Below are positions 19,116 through 26,794 of a DNA stretch of 50,654 bases, in pieces. The position numbers were made by a program, and so were the translations under genes. How positions within the stretch are numbered: the stretch's first letter is position 1; every line of letters starts with the position of its first letter. The stretch covers positions 1 through 50,654 of IMG/VR virus record IMGVR_UViG_3300016665_000418; one strand, given 5' to 3'. The notes beneath the pieces were generated by a model. That model was not told the origin of the DNA, searched no databases, and saw nothing but the letters and a program-made list of their open reading frames with translations. This DNA is from a virus (Duplodnaviria > Caudoviricetes).

Positions 19116-19186
19116 GGGTCGGTAAGCTAATGGGAAACTGGTGCCTTTGCACGGCGCACTTGTGAGTTCGATTCTCACCCGATCCA
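19116..19186 (+). tRNA. tRNA-Ala(UGC)
   Basis: GGGTCGG/CCGATCC acceptor with G3.U70; GTGCC-TTTGCAC-GGCGC anticodon arm. Confidence 0.93.
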
Positions 19187-19204
19187 ATAGTTGATAACTT
19201 AATA

Positions 19205-19897
19205 TTTAGATCCTATCCGATGGACCGTTCATCGTCTTTGAGGTCCGATAAGGCAATGGGATTAAAGGAGCCGTAAGTAGCCGCCAGCGAACTAATGTTA
19301 AGATTATTATTTATTGGGTATAATGCTGGTTGGGGAAAATCAAGAGCAATCTTGTAAATCGGAAATATTATAATATGTAACCCTAACATGATGATTAGGG
19401 ATAATCAGAAGCGACCTGATTAGCCGTGAAGATCAAGGTATTCCTTTCTTGATAATAATGGTGACAAAGCCCCTTCTCGGGAAAGAGAACGCAGATAGAA
19501 GCGTTAAGCAAGCAAGCCTACTTGTTTATGTTTATGGAACTTGTATCTATCATTTTTATAAACTCAGTATACTGTATGTGCGATGTATGATATGCTGAGT
19601 TTATATTCCGCTTTAGCTCAGTTGGTAGAGCGTTCGGCTGTGGAGGTTGAATACGTGTTCTGTTGGTGCAAACCCAAAAACCTCAAGGATAACCGGATGG
19701 TCCCTGGTTCGAGTCCAGGAGGCGGAGTTTGACGTGTCATTTAGCAGGTGACTAATAAGGTTGGTTTCCTTATGATTGAAGCAGGGTTGCTCCTGTAATA
19801 AAAACTCCAAAGCCTGGAAGGCTCGTTGAGATAGCAGCGAAGTAGAAACTTATGGAGGGAACTTCACCCGTGGATATAAAGACTACACTATCATTTC
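19205..19897 (+). ncRNA. Large structured ncRNA (GOLLD-like candidate) surrounding a tRNA; boundaries approximate
   Basis: No plus-strand ORF; more than a dozen visible helices, a GNRA-capped hairpin, loop-loop and 3'-end pseudoknot complementarity; bounded by promoter and terminator. Confidence 0.65.
19607..19727 (+). tRNA. tRNA-Asn(GUU) with a 48-nt insertion (19642-19689) splitting the anticodon; alternative register gives His(GUG)
   Basis: TCCGCTT/AGGCGGA acceptor plus G73 (Asn-type); CTGT+TAA restores a 7-nt loop and a 73-nt tRNA. Confidence 0.8.
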
Positions 19898-19899
19898 AT

Positions 19900-19937
19900 A
19901 AGCCCCGATGTTTAACCGCATCGGGGTTTTATTTTTT
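19900..19937 (+). terminator. Intrinsic terminator
   Basis: AAGCCCCGATG/CATCGGGGTTT stem plus T-run. Confidence 0.85.
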
Positions 19938-19959
19938 GGTCAACTTATTTAGCAATGTC

Positions 19960-20682
19960 ATGCATAAAATATTTTTAATAGCTGCTCTTATATTGTTAAT
20001 ACCAAATGCGGCGTATGCATATACACAAAAATATACTTCAACCGGCAGATTGGTTCGTTGGAATCGTTCCGAAATTGAACTAACTGTCATTAGAGTTGAT
20101 AGTTGTCGTTCCTGTCCAGATGAAACAGAAGTTGTTGGTTCTTTACAAAGAGCGGCTTCAACATGGAACGAAATACCAACATCACCAACCATTAACATCA
20201 TAGAACGTTCTGGTAATTCAGAGTGGGGAATAGACGGTGTTAATGGAGTTTATTTTGTAAGAGATTGGCCATTTTCTTTTCGTGCATTGGCTATTACTCT
20301 AACCAGTTATAATGAAAATACTGGTGAGTTAATAGATACAGATGTAATCATCAACGGTGAAATGCCGTTTGGTTTGTCCGGAGAGAGAAATCAATATGAT
20401 TTAGATACTGTGCTTACTCATGAACTTGGACACGTTCTTGGATTGGACGAAAGTAGTGTCCCAGGTGCCACTATGTTTCCAAATACGAGAAGAGGCGAAA
20501 CTGATAGACGTGAGTTATCAACTGATGATGTAGATGGAATATTGTCCATATATCAAACTGTTCCTACTCCCGGTTGCAACATAACAAGAAGAAAAACTTC
20601 TTTTAATGGAAGCATCATTTTTTTGATATTGTTGCTTTTAGTCAGAAAATATTCAAGTTTCTTTTTTAAGCTATCAACATGA
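19960..20682 (+). CDS. Matrixin (M10)-family secreted metalloprotease with MYXO-CTERM-like tail
   Basis: Signal peptide, THELGHVLGL, Met-turn ATMFP, C-terminal GC...IIFLILLLLVRK; start moved to ATG 19960. Confidence 0.85.
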   Translation: MHKIFLIAALILLIPNAAYAYTQKYTSTGRLVRWNRSEIELTVIRVDSCRSCPDETEVVGSLQRAASTWNEIPTSPTINIIERSGNSEWGIDGVNGVYFVRDWPFSFRALAITLTSYNENTGELIDTDVIINGEMPFGLSGERNQYDLDTVLTHELGHVLGLDESSVPGATMFPNTRRGETDRRELSTDDVDGILSIYQTVPTPGCNITRRKTSFNGSIIFLILLLLVRKYSSFFFKLST

Positions 20683-21116
20683 CAATAGAAAATCAAATAA
20701 TAGCATTATCTGGTGGTTTTGATATAATACACCCTGGTCATATCCGAATGATCAAGGGTGCTCAAAACTTTGGGCGTGTTATGATAATTCTTAATAGCGA
20801 TGCTTGGGTTTTAAATAAACGTGGTATTGTAATGATGCCTTGGCACGAGCGTAAAGAGATTCTATTGGCTATAAAGGGTGTAGATACTGTAGAACGTGTA
20901 GATGATAGTGATGGAACTGTCTGCGAAGCTCTGAAAAGATTAAGACCAAATATATTTGGTAATGGTGGTATTCGTGGACAGAGGAATACTCCAGAACGTC
21001 AATTGTGTAATGATTTAGGAATCGCTTGTATATGGGGAATAGGTGGTGGCGAGCGTGACGTTTACAGCAATGATATTCTTGAAAAAATATATTCTGCCAA
21101 ACGACCAAATATTTAA
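20679..21116 (+). CDS. Cytidylyltransferase-like nucleotidyltransferase (RfaE/TagD family)
   Basis: SGGFDIIHPGH (HxGH), LNSD. Confidence 0.88.
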   Translation: MTIENQIIALSGGFDIIHPGHIRMIKGAQNFGRVMIILNSDAWVLNKRGIVMMPWHERKEILLAIKGVDTVERVDDSDGTVCEALKRLRPNIFGNGGIRGQRNTPERQLCNDLGIACIWGIGGGERDVYSNDILEKIYSAKRPNI

Positions 21117-21643
21117 TGGTTATGAATAAGAAGCTTTTAAAAGAATATATTTCATTGGTTGTTAAATCGATTTTATCGGAAGCAGAATCAATAGGTTCAA
21201 TGAGTACTATTGGATCTACTGGAACTAGCACTAGTTTGTCTTCGACTTCTACGCTTTCAACCGGGACAACCAAATCATCTGAAGCAACCGGATCTGGAAC
21301 TAAGGAAACTGACAGTTCAATAAAAAATTTAGAAGCCGAAATTATTAAAAATAATGAAAAAATGAAAGCGATTAACCAAGCTTCCGGACAAATGTTTAAC
21401 GCACAAAAGACTGCAAATACTGCTACGGTCCAAACTCAACAAGGTCTTGATAAAGCTTCGCAAGCATCACAAAATATGTCAAAAGACATTAAAAATCCCG
21501 AAGAAAAAGAAAAAAATGAAAAGCAATCACAAGTTGAAATGTCTGTAGGACTTAAGCAAGCTGCTGATGGTGTTGGGGATATAGCAAAGGCTAATAGTCG
21601 CACTCAAAATGCGCTTCAAAATTTAACATCTGTCACAAAATGA
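21116..21643 (+). CDS. Hypothetical, probable internal head protein
   Basis: N-terminal LLKEYISLVVKSILSE leader; low-complexity/coiled-coil body. Confidence 0.6.
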   Translation: MVMNKKLLKEYISLVVKSILSEAESIGSMSTIGSTGTSTSLSSTSTLSTGTTKSSEATGSGTKETDSSIKNLEAEIIKNNEKMKAINQASGQMFNAQKTANTATVQTQQGLDKASQASQNMSKDIKNPEEKEKNEKQSQVEMSVGLKQAADGVGDIAKANSRTQNALQNLTSVTK

Positions 21644-21740
21644 ATGATCTATTTTGTGTTATGTCATGTTATATTTTTTCTTAAACTTTTAGTCATTCTT
21701 TGGATATCCTTCAATATAATCTTGATATATCAAGAACGTT

Positions 21741-21814
21741 CGGAGTATAGCTCAGTCTGGTAGAGCGCCGCATTTGGGATGCGGAAGTCACAAGTTCGAA
21801 TCCTGTTACTCCGA
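21741..21814 (+). tRNA. tRNA-Pro(UGG)
   Basis: CGGAGTA/TACTCCG acceptor; CCGCA-TTTGGGA-TGCGG anticodon arm. Confidence 0.95.
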
Positions 21815-21847
21815 CTATTTACAATTACTATGTTAACAACAAGATAT

Positions 21848-22024
21848 ATGCACAAACTATTAAAAGATACCAAAGGCTTATCAACCGTTGAATATATTAT
21901 CATTCTTTGTTTGATTGCTGTTGTTTGTTTTGCTATTTGGAGACAGTTCGGAGAAACTGTAAAGAGTAAAGTTCAAGGTGCAGATAACCTTGTAGGAACA
22001 CTCCCAACAGAATCTTCTCCCTGA
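21848..22024 (+). CDS. flp: Flp/Fap (Tad) pilin
   Basis: Short leader, then G|LSTVEYIIILCLIAV (E+5, Y+6 Flp motif) and hydrophobic helix; 58 aa. Confidence 0.85.
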   Translation: MHKLLKDTKGLSTVEYIIILCLIAVVCFAIWRQFGETVKSKVQGADNLVGTLPTESSP

Positions 22025-22029
22025 TTCAG

Positions 22030-22059
22030 TTTAAACATCATATTTGTTTCATGTATCGT
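22030..22059 (+). promoter_or_regulatory. Putative leaderless promoter for purA
   Basis: TTTAAA-18-TATCGT, 6 nt before ATG 22066. Confidence 0.5.
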
Positions 22060-22065
22060 TAAGGC

Positions 22066-23085
22066 ATGAACACAAATATTAAGATTGATGTTGTAATAGA
22101 TTTGGCTCACGGCGATAGCGGTAAAGGCAAAGTATCTCATGCCTTGCTTGCAAAACGTGATTATACTCATTGTTTGAGATTCAATGGCGGCGGCAATGCT
22201 GGTCATACCATATACCATGAAGGAAAGAAGTTTGTAACCCATCTTATTCCTTCTGGAGTATTTCATGGTATCCGTTCCATTATTGGTCCCGGTTGCGTTG
22301 CCAGAACTTCAAAGCTACTTGAAGAAGTAAAGTATCTTGAAGATAATCTTGGGAAAAAGATTAATGTCGGAATTGCAAATAATGTTCATCTTGTTACAGA
22401 GGAACATTTAACAGAAGATAGCGGCGATACACGTATTGGAACAACCAAAACAGGTAACGGTCCTGCTTATTCTTCAAAATATTCTCGTAGGGGTGTAAGA
22501 GCAGAAACCGATCCTCTTCTACAGTCTTACGTTACCGATATGTATCAAGAGTTTTATGTTGATAAGCCGGTTAGAATATTAGCAGAAGGTGCTCAATCAT
22601 TTAATTTGGATATTGATTGGGGTGATTATCCTTATGTTACCAGCAGTCATTGTGGTGTAGGTGGATTACTTAACAACGGCTTTAATCATAAACATGTAAG
22701 AAACGTTTATGGTGTTGTAAAGGCTTATGACACATATGTAGGAGCCAAGCAGTTCCAGCCCGCAGGAGACGTTTTTAACCGCATTCAAGAGGCAGGACAG
22801 GAGTTTGGTGCTACTACGGGCAGAAGGCGCCAGGTTAACTGGTTAAACTGGAATATCATTGAACGTGGTATCCGTATGAATGGCGTGAACACCTTGATTG
22901 TTAATAAGGGCGATGTATTAGATCAGGTTGGTGCCTGGGGAATTATTGAAAACGGCGAGACAATTCAATTTCAATCCAAAGATTTTTTCCAAAAATGGTT
23001 GGACGATAAGACATATGCATTGGATATGAATCATATTGTTTTTTCAGAAGGCGCAGACGATTTAAGTTTTGTTGATCGTTTGTAG
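22066..23085 (+). CDS. purA: Adenylosuccinate synthetase (short form)
   Basis: GDSGKGK, RFNGGGNAGHT, IGTTKTGNGPAY, EGAQ, YPYVTSS, EFGATTGRRR. Confidence 0.95.
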   Translation: MNTNIKIDVVIDLAHGDSGKGKVSHALLAKRDYTHCLRFNGGGNAGHTIYHEGKKFVTHLIPSGVFHGIRSIIGPGCVARTSKLLEEVKYLEDNLGKKINVGIANNVHLVTEEHLTEDSGDTRIGTTKTGNGPAYSSKYSRRGVRAETDPLLQSYVTDMYQEFYVDKPVRILAEGAQSFNLDIDWGDYPYVTSSHCGVGGLLNNGFNHKHVRNVYGVVKAYDTYVGAKQFQPAGDVFNRIQEAGQEFGATTGRRRQVNWLNWNIIERGIRMNGVNTLIVNKGDVLDQVGAWGIIENGETIQFQSKDFFQKWLDDKTYALDMNHIVFSEGADDLSFVDRL

Positions 23086-23108
23086 GATATAGCTGTATAC
23101 TTACCCAC

Positions 23109-23480
23109 ATGGCAAAAACAAAAGAAGTAAAAAAAGAAGTTGCTGTAATAACCCGTGAGGAAAGACCTTGGGGTTGGTTTGAAACAATCCAAGAAGGCGA
23201 AAAATATAAAGTAAAACGTCTTTTTATTAAAAAAGGTTGTAGAATATCTTTGCAATCACATGATCAACGTGATGAACATTGGATTGTTATTAGTGGTTTT
23301 GGTAATGTAGAATTAGAAGATGTTGAGCGTTTCATAGGAATAGGTGGTCATATTTTTATTCCAAAACGTCATAAACATAGAATTACTGCAACCAAAGATT
23401 TAGAAATCATAGAAGTTCAAATGGGCATCTGTGATGATAAAGATATAAAAAGATACGAAGACGATTACGGTAGAACTTGA
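23109..23480 (+). CDS. Mannose-6-phosphate isomerase type II C-terminal cupin
   Basis: EERPWG, ISLQSH..RDEHW, IIEVQ.G...DI.RYEDDYGR. Confidence 0.88.
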   Translation: MAKTKEVKKEVAVITREERPWGWFETIQEGEKYKVKRLFIKKGCRISLQSHDQRDEHWIVISGFGNVELEDVERFIGIGGHIFIPKRHKHRITATKDLEIIEVQMGICDDKDIKRYEDDYGRT

Positions 23481-23511
23481 ACAAAGAGATAGACTTGTTC
23501 TATCTTATCAT

Positions 23512-23583
23512 AGCGGGTTGGAGAAGTAGTAACTCATCTGGCTCATAATCAGAAGATCGATGGTGCGAATCCATCACCCGCAA
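23512..23583 (+). tRNA. tRNA-Met(CAU), initiator-like
   Basis: A1xA72 mismatch, A11-U24, loop CTCATAA; anticodon stem TCTGG/TCAGA lacks the three G-C pairs. Confidence 0.88.
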
Positions 23584-23595
23584 TTTAGGTGTTCT

Positions 23596-23667
23596 GCGGA
23601 AATAGCTCAATGGTAGAGTCCGAGTTTTCCAAACTCGTTGTTGTCGGTTCGAGTCCGATTTTCCGCT
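23596..23667 (+). tRNA. tRNA-Gly(UCC)
   Basis: GCGGAAA/TTTCCGC acceptor plus U73; CGAGT-TTTCCAA-ACTCG anticodon arm. Confidence 0.95.
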
Positions 23668-23751
23668 CTGAAGTTAGAAGAATATTAGGTTGATACCTAA
23701 AAATCTCTAAATCCCTTATAAAATAAGGGTAAAAAAATTATTTTTAATACC

Positions 23752-23780
23752 TTTAAAAAGTCTGATACGTCTGCTATTCT
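23752..23780 (+). promoter_or_regulatory. Sigma70-type early promoter, leaderless
   Basis: AT-rich UP region; TTTAAA-17-(TGC)TATTCT, 6 nt before ATG 23787. Confidence 0.75.
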
Positions 23781-23786
23781 GTATAC

Positions 23787-24869
23787 ATGATGACGAATCG
23801 GACGTTTGGTGTGGAGATCGAGTGCATCGGGATTACCGCTGCGGTGGCTTGTGAGGCTATCCGTGCGCTGGGTCTTGCGTGTGAGATCGAAGGCTACAAC
23901 CATAACACTCGTAATCATTGGAAGATCGTTACCGATGGTTCGGTGCGTGATAATCAGGGCAGTCCTGGTATCGAGATCGTTTCGCCTATTCTTCGTGGGA
24001 CGGAGGGCATGAACGCTCTTAAGCGTGTTGCCGATGCGCTGAACTTCGCTGGCGCTACTGCGAATAAGACCTGTGGTCTACACGTTCACGTCGGGGCGTC
24101 GGATCTTAATGTTGACGAGATCAAGATGATCGTCAAGCGTTACGCCGAGCATGAGAGCGTGATCGATAACTTCATGCCGGTGAGCCGTCGTCGTGATAAT
24201 AATCACTACCTTAAGGGTATGGGTTACTGGTCGGCTGTGTATGGGTCGCAGCTTGCGGCTTGCACGAACACTGCGGCGATTCTCGGTCGCACCTGGGATC
24301 GTTACTATAAGGTTAACCTCGCTGCCTACGTTCGTCAGAACACCATTGAATTCCGTCAGCACAGTGGCACGGTGAGCAGCACGAAGATTGAAAATTGGGT
24401 TCTCTTCGTCCTTAACTTTGTTGAGGTGAGCCGTCAGCTTGTGGCGTCGGTTAACCCGGCTCCGGTGGCTCGACGCCGTGGGCGCCCGGCTGGTCGCACG
24501 AACGCCCGTGATAAGGGTCTGTTCAAGATCGTTAACGCTCTTTACAATGATTATAGCAGTCTTAGCCCGAGCCGTCTTGCGGAGATTTCGGGTTATTCGG
24601 TGGCAAGCATCCCGGCGTGCATGAGTGAGATTCGTCGCAAGTGGGGAATTCCCGTTCGTAAGAGCCGTCTTTGGAATACGTATTCGGTTAGCATTAGCAA
24701 TAGCCGTTTCCTTGAAATCCAGGCGCAGGTGCAGAGTGGCACGCCCGTTGGTGGTGTTCAGTCTGCCGCTACCATGCCGAGTGTTCCCGCTGGTGACTCG
24801 GCATTCCGTGGTCTGTCGGCTGGCGTGGTGAGCTACTTTGAGGAGCGGACTGCGGAGCTTGCATCGTGA
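23787..24869 (+). CDS. Putative amidoligase (COOH-NH2 ligase) with C-terminal AT-hook/HTH-like region
   Basis: TFGVEIE, WKIVTDGSV, EIVSPIL, TCGLHVHVG, RYYKVN, TIEFRQH. Confidence 0.9.
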   Translation: MMTNRTFGVEIECIGITAAVACEAIRALGLACEIEGYNHNTRNHWKIVTDGSVRDNQGSPGIEIVSPILRGTEGMNALKRVADALNFAGATANKTCGLHVHVGASDLNVDEIKMIVKRYAEHESVIDNFMPVSRRRDNNHYLKGMGYWSAVYGSQLAACTNTAAILGRTWDRYYKVNLAAYVRQNTIEFRQHSGTVSSTKIENWVLFVLNFVEVSRQLVASVNPAPVARRRGRPAGRTNARDKGLFKIVNALYNDYSSLSPSRLAEISGYSVASIPACMSEIRRKWGIPVRKSRLWNTYSVSISNSRFLEIQAQVQSGTPVGGVQSAATMPSVPAGDSAFRGLSAGVVSYFEERTAELAS

Positions 24870-25102
24870 TTTACCGATTCTTTCATTGGAATATTCGGGC
24901 TTCTAATCACCGGGAGTTTGTTGAGCGACTTTGGCTGGATAGTCTAACGACCGCTCCGAGCGCCAGGATCTATATGGAGGAAGTGGCGGAAAGGGCTTAT
25001 AAGGCTTTTGGCGATTATGTTCGCACCACTAATCCAAGGACTTTTGTTAATGATATGATTAGGGCGGGTTATCTTAAGATTGAGTCCTGTCAGGAGAATT
25101 GA
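24866..25102 (+). CDS. Hypothetical protein in the amidoligase operon
   Basis: GTGA-coupled 78-aa ORF. Confidence 0.75.
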   Translation: MIYRFFHWNIRASNHREFVERLWLDSLTTAPSARIYMEEVAERAYKAFGDYVRTTNPRTFVNDMIRAGYLKIESCQEN

Positions 25103-25103
25103 A

Positions 25104-25484
25104 ATGCATCGGGTTTTTGTATATGGTAGTTTGAAGCGTGGTTTTCATAATAACGCTTTGTTGTATGAGTCTCGTTTTATTGGGGAGCGTATTACCCATG
25201 ATGAAATGTGGATTATGCGTTCTCTCGGCGGCTTCCCAGGAGTGGTTAAGAAGTATCATGGTGGCATGAGTGCTTCTATTTCTGGGGATCTTTATGAAGT
25301 AGATGATATGACGCTGGCTCGTCTGGATAGACTTGAGAGCAATGGTCAGTTTTATTCTCGTGAACTTGTGCGGCTTCGTGATGAAAATGAAAAGGCGTGG
25401 ATGTATGTTTTGAAGAGTGATCATTCATATGGTCGTGATATGCAGCCATTTTTTGAGGGTGAAAGTTTTATTTATCGTTGGTGA
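25104..25484 (+). CDS. Gamma-glutamylcyclotransferase (AIG2-like)
   Basis: VFVYGSLKRG, G.LYEV, LDRLE; AGGAG SD before ATG 25104. Confidence 0.92.
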   Translation: MHRVFVYGSLKRGFHNNALLYESRFIGERITHDEMWIMRSLGGFPGVVKKYHGGMSASISGDLYEVDDMTLARLDRLESNGQFYSRELVRLRDENEKAWMYVLKSDHSYGRDMQPFFEGESFIYRW

Positions 25485-25493
25485 AATAAATAG

Positions 25494-25522
25494 TTTATAC
25501 ACTTGATAGGAAGTGATATATT
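25494..25522 (+). promoter_or_regulatory. Promoter for the tRNA-Arg/infA/trmH unit
   Basis: AAATAG-TTTATA-17-(TGA)TATATT. Confidence 0.7.
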
Positions 25523-25533
25523 AAGTGTATCGG

Positions 25534-25607
25534 GTTCCTGTAGCTCAGTTGGATAGAGCTACGAGCTTCTACCTCGTCGGTCGCAGGTTCGACTCCTGCC
25601 GGGAACG
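25534..25607 (+). tRNA. tRNA-Arg(UCU)
   Basis: GTTCCTG/CGGGAAC acceptor; D-loop A20; ACGAG-CTTCTAC-CTCGT anticodon arm. Confidence 0.95.
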
Positions 25608-25652
25608 TTTCGGATAATAACAAAAAGAAAGATAGAAAAGGTAAGTAAATAA

Positions 25653-25967
25653 ATGACGGATCGTATGGAATTGGTTGGTGTGGTTATGGATCATTCACGG
25701 GATATTTTCCGTGTTCGTGTAGACGGCACCGATCAGGTAGTGACTGCAAAGCTTTCTGGCAAGATGCGACAGAATAAGATTGATTTGCAGGTAGGGGACC
25801 GGGTTAAGCTTGAGGTGTCTCCTTACGATACGAGCATGGGACGTATTACCTTCCGTATTAGCAGTAGCCGAGAGCAGTATATTCATACTGATGATAATGA
25901 TCGTGGCGGCGATAATCGTAAGCGCAAGGCACATCGTCCTCGCCAGCGTGATAACGACGACGACTGA
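25653..25967 (+). CDS. infA: Translation initiation factor IF-1 with charged C-terminal extension
   Basis: FRVRV...A.LSGKMRQNKI....GDRV..EVSPYD...GRITFR. Confidence 0.93.
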   Translation: MTDRMELVGVVMDHSRDIFRVRVDGTDQVVTAKLSGKMRQNKIDLQVGDRVKLEVSPYDTSMGRITFRISSSREQYIHTDDNDRGGDNRKRKAHRPRQRDNDDD

Positions 25968-25992
25968 TTAACTCTTTCTTTAAGTTAAAGCT

Positions 25993-26514
25993 ATGTCAAT
26001 CGGACCTGATCTTTCGGGATTTACCCGTGATGAAATTTGTGATGCTTTGGATGAAGTGCGTCAGCCTGTAAGCATCGCAATCTTTGGTTCAAAGAACGAG
26101 TTTAATATCGGTGGTATGATTAGAACCGCCCATAACTTCCTAGTGCGAGATATTCATCTTGTGGAGGTTGAATGGTTCTATGAGAAGGGTGCGCTGTCTA
26201 CTCTACGCTTTGAGAAGCGGCACCTTAAGCGTTGGTCTACGCTTGATAGTTTCCTTCACGGAATGAAGAATCGTAATATTGTTTCTTTTGAGAAGCGAGA
26301 TAATCTAAAGACTTACGATATTCGTTCTTATCGTTATCCGGACAATCCCATTCTATTCTTTGGTAGTGAGAAGACAGGAGTTCCAGATAGTATTCTTGAA
26401 GCTTCTCATAGCGTTGTTACCATTCCTATTCTTGGACTGAATAATGATCACAACGTAAGCATTAGTTGCGGTATTGCTCTATACGATTGGTTCGCAAAGA
26501 ATTGTAAGGTGTGA
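25993..26514 (+). CDS. SpoU/TrmH-family RNA 2'-O-methyltransferase
   Basis: NIGGMIRTA, LFFGSEKTGV, IPILG...NVSISCGIALY. Confidence 0.9.
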   Translation: MSIGPDLSGFTRDEICDALDEVRQPVSIAIFGSKNEFNIGGMIRTAHNFLVRDIHLVEVEWFYEKGALSTLRFEKRHLKRWSTLDSFLHGMKNRNIVSFEKRDNLKTYDIRSYRYPDNPILFFGSEKTGVPDSILEASHSVVTIPILGLNNDHNVSISCGIALYDWFAKNCKV

Positions 26515-26546
26515 TTTAACTCTCCTATTTATAATAGGAGGGTGTT

Positions 26547-26738
26547 ATGAGTGAGGGAACACCAGATTTTTGGGAGTGGGTTAAGAATAAGATTAAAGAA
26601 AGAGAGCAACAGCAGCCTCTACAGATAGAGATACAGTTGCCAATACCACCCCATGTTCCTTCAAAGACACCTATTGGTTCTGACGGCATCTACGAAGAAG
26701 TAGACCACGAAATAAAAAGCGACATAATGCAATTATAA
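26547..26738 (+). CDS. Hypothetical protein
   Basis: Strong AGGAGG SD; followed by a terminator. Confidence 0.75.
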   Translation: MSEGTPDFWEWVKNKIKEREQQQPLQIEIQLPIPPHVPSKTPIGSDGIYEEVDHEIKSDIMQL

Positions 26739-26765
26739 AGCCACCTTACGGTGGCTTTTTCTTTT
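26737..26765 (+). terminator. Intrinsic terminator
   Basis: AAAGCCACC-TTAC-GGTGGCTTT plus Ts. Confidence 0.85.
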
Positions 26766-26794
26766 GTGTTTTAGATATTTAGGACAAGAAGTAT

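Noticed and set aside
19607-19727. tRNA-His(GUG) with a canonical 37/38 intron
   Set aside because: It lacks G-1 and C73; the acceptor stem and G73 are Asn-type. His is kept only as an alternative register.
19205-19897. RNase P RNA or a group I/II intron
   Set aside because: No GAGGAAAGUCC P4 motif, no recognisable group I core and no GUGYG/domain V seen by eye; a covariance search is still needed.
19852-19959. N-terminal extension of the matrixin ORF
   Set aside because: It overlaps the ncRNA 3' end and terminator; the signal peptide begins at 19960.
21779-21829. Longer start for the pilin ORF
   Set aside because: That ATG lies within tRNA-Pro.
22066-23085. PurZ (2-aminoadenine DNA pathway)
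   Set aside because: The catalytic Asp is retained in GDSGKG and no Z-cluster genes are nearby.
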